NCBI GenBank assembly: GCA_050290185.1
Contig: JBNKHE010000003.1
Location: forward strand, 160,001-224,000
Direction: 5' to 3'
Origin: Pontiella sp.
Lineage (GTDB): Bacteria; Verrucomicrobiota; Kiritimatiellia; Kiritimatiellales; Pontiellaceae
Length of the DNA: 64,000 nucleotides
In this document: positions 59,021 to 64,000 of the stretch, one piece after another
Layout of the letters: each line of letters begins with the position of its first letter
Position numbering within the stretch: position 1 is the stretch's first letter
Translations under genes and position numbers: made by a program
Notes under the pieces: generated by a model
Databases searched by the model: none
The model's input: the letters and a program-made list of their open reading frames with translations, nothing else
What the model was told of the DNA's origin: nothing

Positions 59021-59036
59021 AGCAGTGAGTATGCCA
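59021..59036 (-). promoter_or_regulatory. sigma-54 (-24/-12) promoter candidate of the minor-pilin operon
   Basis: Reverse complement TGGCATACTCACTGCT, GG-N10-GC. Confidence 0.6.
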
Positions 59037-59209
59037 TGCGTGCCGGTTTTCCGCCGGAGAGCGGAAAAGGGAATGAATCCGGTGGTTTCGGAAGGAAATG
59101 AACGAAAAAAACTAAACGTACAGGCTACAAGGTATTATCAAACTCGCAACAATGCGAAAAAACACGGTTCTCGAAGGAATTTCCCCCATTTTTGATTATA
59201 GAACCGGGG

Positions 59210-61855
59210 TCAGCGCAGGATCCGGTAGAAGCGGTATCCGTTGGTGGCACCGCCTCCTGAGGTGGCTGTGGTGAAGTCGTCTGTAAAGATGCTTTCGCTG
59301 CCGATGGCCTCCAGCATGCCGTTGCTCAAGAAAGACTTCCAAAGCACATTGTTGCTATCCAGCTGGTCCGTGTATTCGATCCGGTAGGTGTAGCCGGATA
59401 CGGAGTTGAAGGGGAGTCCAATCTTGTTTCCAACCAGCCAGGAAGGCGCCTTCAACGTGAAGTTTTCCGGCCAGAAGGCTTCGGTCATCTGCACGGGCGG
59501 GCACATGTCGTTGTCGACCCAGAGATCGTACATTTCCTGTCCGTTGCTGTCGGTATTGTTTTCGTCGCGCAGGAACTCTATAAATTCCTTGCTGGTGCTT
59601 TGGTAGTAGAGTCGTACGTGGGCACGTACGGCACCTGACGGCATATCGTAGAAGGTTTCGTCCCAGTACTGCCTATCCTCGTAGTGATGGCCTACGGGAG
59701 CACCGCCGAAGGCGTCGAATTCCGCGTTGGTGAAGCCGCGCGGTGGAATGCGGTTATCTTCGTATATCTGATTGTTGAGCACGAAGTGCAGTGATGGGCC
59801 GGCATCCATTCCCAGCGTCGACGCCAGTGCGGGACCGATTCCGGGATGGATCTGGTAGACCGTTGTATTGGTTGCGGTAAGCACGGCGTTGGAATAGTTG
59901 TATCCTCCCAGTTCCTCTATGAGCTGGTCGCTTGCATCGTAGAAGCGGACATTGATCCAGATTCGGCGGCCTTCCGGATAGCCGCTGGGCAGCTTGTGTC
60001 CGGTATCGTTGATCACCAGCACCTTGAGCTGATCGCCCACCTGTTCCGCCTGCATGCGGGCGGCCTTTTGGAGCATGTATTCCGCACGGTACGCACCGTT
60101 CGAGATCGCCGTGGCCTCGGGGCTTCCCGGTGCGTAGGGCGAGTTGGTCAGATCGGGCATCAGCCGCAGTAGCCACGAACTGCCACCGGTCATGTCGTGA
60201 AGAGGAAGATTGGCGCGAAGGGCGACCGGATACAGATTCGTGTTGGCACCATAGCCCGGGATGTCGGGTAGATGGCAATCCTGGCAGGTCGCTACCATGC
60301 CGCCGTTCTTGTTTCCGGCAAACTGCGGGGCAAAGACACCGTTGGTCGTGTTGTAGTCGCTGTGCAGCCATTCACTGTAGGTACGCTCGACCGGCATCAG
60401 CACCTCCGGCGAAAAGTTTGTAGCTGGCGCACCGAAGCTGTTCGCCACATACTCCGCATTGGTTCCGTCGCGTTCGAATGCCGGATTGCTCACATTGTGG
60501 CAGGTGCCGCAAAGCTCCGCCTTCCGGTGGAAGGGGGAATAGAGCGCCGTGTGCGGACTGATGGTATCGTCAAATGGACCGCGGCGGTCGGCATTGGGAT
60601 CGAAAACATACATGCCGTTTCCGTTTTCCGATGCCGGAATATTGGCGAGCGTTGCAAGGATGTCATCGTCTTCGGCCGGAGACACTCCGGCTTCGTAGGC
60701 AGGATCAACCATGCGGTGGCACAGGTCGCACGAAACACCGAACATATCGGCGGCGGTCATTTGGCTGCCATCGGTCGGCGTAGAGCGTCCATCGAGCCAG
60801 CCGCGCGAATTGTGGCACCGCAGGCAAAGATCGCCGGAATCCGGGACATCTTGCTGGGCGATGGACATGTTGGCTTTGAAAATGGGATCGAAGGACGCAT
60901 GAGCCATCATGCTTCCCAGCCAGTTCCGGTAGGGCTCGTTGGTTTCGTCGTATCCACCGTGGCAGTTGGCGCAGCTCGACGGAACGGTTTGGGGTGATCC
61001 GGAATCAACGATGGGCTGGCTTCCGGGTTGGTCAAAATCGCGCAGCGTGGGGTAGGGGAATCCATTGAAGGAATTGATGACAAAAACGGAATCACTCGTG
61101 TCATCCGCATCGTTCAGGGAGGTGTCGATCGCTTCAATTTTTATCAGGGCATTGCTGGTGGGGCGGTTCGGTACGTACCACGTAAACGTGCTGGGTGTGC
61201 TGGAAATGCTTAGGGCGATGGGGGTGAACGTGGCGCCATGGTCGTCCGATACATAGATGTTGATGCTCGATATGCCATGGTCGTCGGTTGCGCTCCAGGA
61301 TATGACCATGGGGGCATCTCCGTCGGTGGTTTCTCCACCGTTGGGACTCAATACACTGACCACCGGATCGGTGGTGTCCGGCCCTCCGGAGGTGGGTGTG
61401 AGATAATCGATAATGTCGGCCTGGTTGACGTTCACGACCTGGGATACATTGGTCCCATTCAAGCCCGGAAAGGTTGGCTTATACGGGTTGATGAGGGAGT
61501 TCATTATCTCATCGATATTTGAGTATCCATCCCCATCGGAATCCAATGATTCGACGGCAATGAATGAAGCAACCTTGTCATTACCATTCGTTTCAAGCTG
61601 TGCGCGGACCGCGAGGCCGTACGGATTCCACGGATCACCGCCTCCTGTAAAATTATAGTGGCACATGCCACAGTGCGGGGTCTTATTGACCCCGGATATG
61701 GCATATACCGTGTCGCTCGAAGAAATATTCGTATAGTGGTCAAAAAAAGTGTCTCTGATTTTGGGGTTCGCTTTGCTTTGAAATTGAACGGCACATAGCA
61801 CGGCAACCATTACGGTCCATGGATAAACTAATTGATACGTGGAATGGGTTTTCAT
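59210..61855 (-). CDS. secreted hexaheme cytochrome c with Ca-binding repeat, Ig-like domain and C-terminal beta domain
   Basis: Signal peptide; CGMCH, CANCH, CLRCH, CDLCH, CGTCH, CQDCH; DSDGDGYSNIDE; DTTDPVVSVLSPNGGE Ig-like domain; GHKLPSG, DNRIPP c554/c552-like motifs; ends YRFYRILR. Confidence 0.85.
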   Translation of the reverse strand: MKTHSTYQLVYPWTVMVAVLCAVQFQSKANPKIRDTFFDHYTNISSSDTVYAISGVNKTPHCGMCHYNFTGGGDPWNPYGLAVRAQLETNGNDKVASFIAVESLDSDGDGYSNIDEIMNSLINPYKPTFPGLNGTNVSQVVNVNQADIIDYLTPTSGGPDTTDPVVSVLSPNGGETTDGDAPMVISWSATDDHGISSINIYVSDDHGATFTPIALSISSTPSTFTWYVPNRPTSNALIKIEAIDTSLNDADDTSDSVFVINSFNGFPYPTLRDFDQPGSQPIVDSGSPQTVPSSCANCHGGYDETNEPYRNWLGSMMAHASFDPIFKANMSIAQQDVPDSGDLCLRCHNSRGWLDGRSTPTDGSQMTAADMFGVSCDLCHRMVDPAYEAGVSPAEDDDILATLANIPASENGNGMYVFDPNADRRGPFDDTISPHTALYSPFHRKAELCGTCHNVSNPAFERDGTNAEYVANSFGAPATNFSPEVLMPVERTYSEWLHSDYNTTNGVFAPQFAGNKNGGMVATCQDCHLPDIPGYGANTNLYPVALRANLPLHDMTGGSSWLLRLMPDLTNSPYAPGSPEATAISNGAYRAEYMLQKAARMQAEQVGDQLKVLVINDTGHKLPSGYPEGRRIWINVRFYDASDQLIEELGGYNYSNAVLTATNTTVYQIHPGIGPALASTLGMDAGPSLHFVLNNQIYEDNRIPPRGFTNAEFDAFGGAPVGHHYEDRQYWDETFYDMPSGAVRAHVRLYYQSTSKEFIEFLRDENNTDSNGQEMYDLWVDNDMCPPVQMTEAFWPENFTLKAPSWLVGNKIGLPFNSVSGYTYRIEYTDQLDSNNVLWKSFLSNGMLEAIGSESIFTDDFTTATSGGGATNGYRFYRILR

Positions 61856-62386
61856 GGATACCCCCTGTCATTTGAGTAGAGGGTACTCCTTAAAACGTAA
61901 ATGAACAGTTTATAAAAGCATGGTGATAAAGTATTAATGTATATGTTCATGCTTTTTGTAACGTATTTGTAAATGCAGATCAAAAAAGAAACGGCTCCTG
62001 GATCGAGGTCTCGTTCGCGGGGGAAAATTATTCGCAAAGTTGCCACGCATGCTTCGGGAATGTTTTCGGAAAGCACATTGCTGATCGATTCCGCCAGCGC
62101 TACCCCAAGCCTCGGGATGGCATTTCCGGCGATGATGACGGCTATAGCCAAGTAGCTTTTAGTCCCCGTGAAATTACATTGTGTCGTTTATGGAAAAATT
62201 AATATTTGTTAATAATTACAAGTACACATGAGTCGTACCCGAGTGGCTTTGATAGGGTAGTATAACTCCTGTTAAGTAGGAGTAATGGATGAAAATACGG
62301 GATGGTTGTGGGCGTTTCCGCTTGAGCAGTGATCGAGGTTGCATTATAGATGGTTCCTTTGTTTTCTAACTGGGAAAGGGGTGTGG

Positions 62387-63169
62387 ATGAACATTGTCGT
62401 ATGCATCAAGCAGGTGCCCGATTCGGACAAGGTCACGATCGATCGCGAGACCAATCGTCTGAACCGGGCAGGGGTTCCGAGTATTATCAATCCGTTCGAC
62501 GAAAATGCGCTCGAAATGGCGCTGCAGCTCAAGGATGCACATGGCGGTAAAGTGACCGTTGTCTCCATGGGGCCGCCGCAAGCCGAGGAGGCGTTGCGCA
62601 CGGCACTTTCGCACGGCGCGGATGAGGCAATCCTTATTTCCGACCGCAAATTTGGCGGAGCCGATACCTGGGCGACGTCCTACACCATCAGCTTGGCCAT
62701 CAAGAAGCTGGAACAGGTTGACCTCGTTCTCTTCGGCAAGCAGGCCATTGACGGCGATACCGCGCAGGTTGGACCGGGTGTGGCGCACTTTCTCGACATT
62801 CCGACACTTACCTATGCCAAAGCGGTCGAAGTGACTGGGGATACGCTCAAAGTCACCAAGGTCACCGAAGATGGCTACGAAGTCTGGGATATCGACAAAC
62901 CCTGTGCGCTCACGGTGGTGAAGGAAGCCAATCAGCTGCGCATGCCGTCGCTGAAGAAAAAAATGGCCGCCAAGAAGGCCGAGATTCCCTGCTGGGGGTT
63001 CGATGAGCTTCAGCCCGACGAAGCCAAAATCGGCCTGGCCGGTTCGCCCACCAAGGTGAGCAAGGTGTTTGCGCCGCCGGTCAAGCTGAACAAGGAAATC
63101 CTCTCCGGCGAACCGGCCGATATGATTATGGAACTGATCCAGAAGCTGAAGGAGCAACACGTACTATGA
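62387..63169 (+). CDS. etfB: electron transfer flavoprotein beta subunit (FixA-like)
   Basis: VCIKQVPD, NPFDENALE, SMGPP, FGGADT, GKQAIDGDTAQVGP. Confidence 0.95.
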   Translation: MNIVVCIKQVPDSDKVTIDRETNRLNRAGVPSIINPFDENALEMALQLKDAHGGKVTVVSMGPPQAEEALRTALSHGADEAILISDRKFGGADTWATSYTISLAIKKLEQVDLVLFGKQAIDGDTAQVGPGVAHFLDIPTLTYAKAVEVTGDTLKVTKVTEDGYEVWDIDKPCALTVVKEANQLRMPSLKKKMAAKKAEIPCWGFDELQPDEAKIGLAGSPTKVSKVFAPPVKLNKEILSGEPADMIMELIQKLKEQHVL

Positions 63170-64000
63170 GCACGACAAAAGAACTTTGGGTATTTGCAGA
63201 GCAACGCGAAGGCAAGATTGCCGGCGTGGTGCAGGAACTCCTCAGCCAGGGACAGATTCTCGCCGACAAGGCCGGCTTTACCTTGGCCGCCGTGCTGCCT
63301 TCCGCCGCCGGCGCGGCCCTCTGCCAGGAACTCTATAACTTCGGCGCGAAAAAGGTCTATACCATCGACGATCCCAAACTGGCCGATTATCAGAACGACT
63401 ACTATGCCCGCGCGGTAGCCCAGCTGATCAACGAGAAAAAGCCGGAAATCGTCCTCTATGGTGCCACCACCATCGGACGCAGTCTTGCTCCGACTGTTGC
63501 TGTGATGGTTGATGCCGGCCTGACGGCCGATTGCACCGAGCTCGACTTCGATGTTGAAACCGGAAACCTGCTGCAGACGCGCCCGGCCTTCGGTGGGAAT
63601 ATCATGGCCACCATCATCTGCCCGAATCATCGTCCACAGATGGCCACCGTCCGTTCCAACGTCTTTAAGAAAACCAAGCTGTCCGATAACGAAATCGGCG
63701 AGCAGATCCCGTACGTCGTCGATCTTTCAGGGGTGCCGGAGCGCATGCGCCGACTGGAATCGGTTCACGAAGCCGACACGAACAGTATCGATCTCAACGC
63801 CGCGCAGTTCATCGTTTCCGGCGGTCGTGGGGTAGGGAAACCTGAAAACTTCAAGATCATCTACGATCTCGCCGCCGAAATGGGAGCGGCCGTTGGTGCA
63901 TCGCGCGCCACCGTCGATGCCGGTTGGATTTCGCACCACCACCAGGTAGGGCAGACCGGCAAGACCGTATGTCCAGTGGTTTACATTGCCTGCGGCATCT
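63166..64000 (+). CDS. etfA: electron transfer flavoprotein alpha subunit (FixB-like), 3' truncated by the window
   Basis: MSTTKELWVFAEQREG..., GLTADCT, TRPAFGGNIMATI, IVSGGRG, GASRA, QVGQTGKTV; missing from the ORF track because it runs off the end. Confidence 0.93.
   Translation, partial: MSTTKELWVFAEQREGKIAGVVQELLSQGQILADKAGFTLAAVLPSAAGAALCQELYNFGAKKVYTIDDPKLADYQNDYYARAVAQLINEKKPEIVLYGATTIGRSLAPTVAVMVDAGLTADCTELDFDVETGNLLQTRPAFGGNIMATIICPNHRPQMATVRSNVFKKTKLSDNEIGEQIPYVVDLSGVPERMRRLESVHEADTNSIDLNAAQFIVSGGRGVGKPENFKIIYDLAAEMGAAVGASRATVDAGWISHHHQVGQTGKTVCPVVYIACGI

Overview
Bacterial chromosomal window, moderately GC-rich. It is probably from the PVC superphylum (Kiritimatiellota/Verrucomicrobia-like); this is an inference from the giant GreA, the SHD1 protein and the lamin-tail/CotH protein. 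Housekeeping content: hom, aspartate kinase, greA, hemF-like, prc, pgi, tamAB, Rrf2-cysK, mutM, ahpC, PLD, lptF/G, zwf, cutA, truA, glgC, srkA, lpdA, etfBA, tRNA-Leu(CAG) and tRNA-Lys(TTT). Three accessory modules stand out. (1) At 13.6-21.2 kb, a five-gene operon reads as a complete trans-envelope electron conduit: membrane-anchored 2x[4Fe-4S]/FAD-NAD(P)H oxidoreductase, di-heme-b-like membrane protein, 20-heme cytochrome c, ~25-heme lipoprotein cytochrome c and outer-membrane beta-barrel. It is followed by the relic of a third cytochrome. (2) At 21.4-31.0 kb, a VTC-domain polyphosphate polymerase - DUF4956 - HlyD - TolC operon has no ABC/RND pump and is divergent from a 1750-aa secreted CotH-kinase/lamin-tail protein; this is a candidate polyphosphate synthesis-and-export system serving an extracellular kinase. 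(3) At 53.9-61.9 kb, a (pseudo)pilin locus with sigma-54-like promoters lies next to a secreted hexaheme cytochrome. Three gene relics were found (mscS, an SHD1-protein paralog, a cytochrome C-terminus). No CRISPR array, rRNA or mobile element was seen. All family calls come from visual motif recognition; no searches were run.
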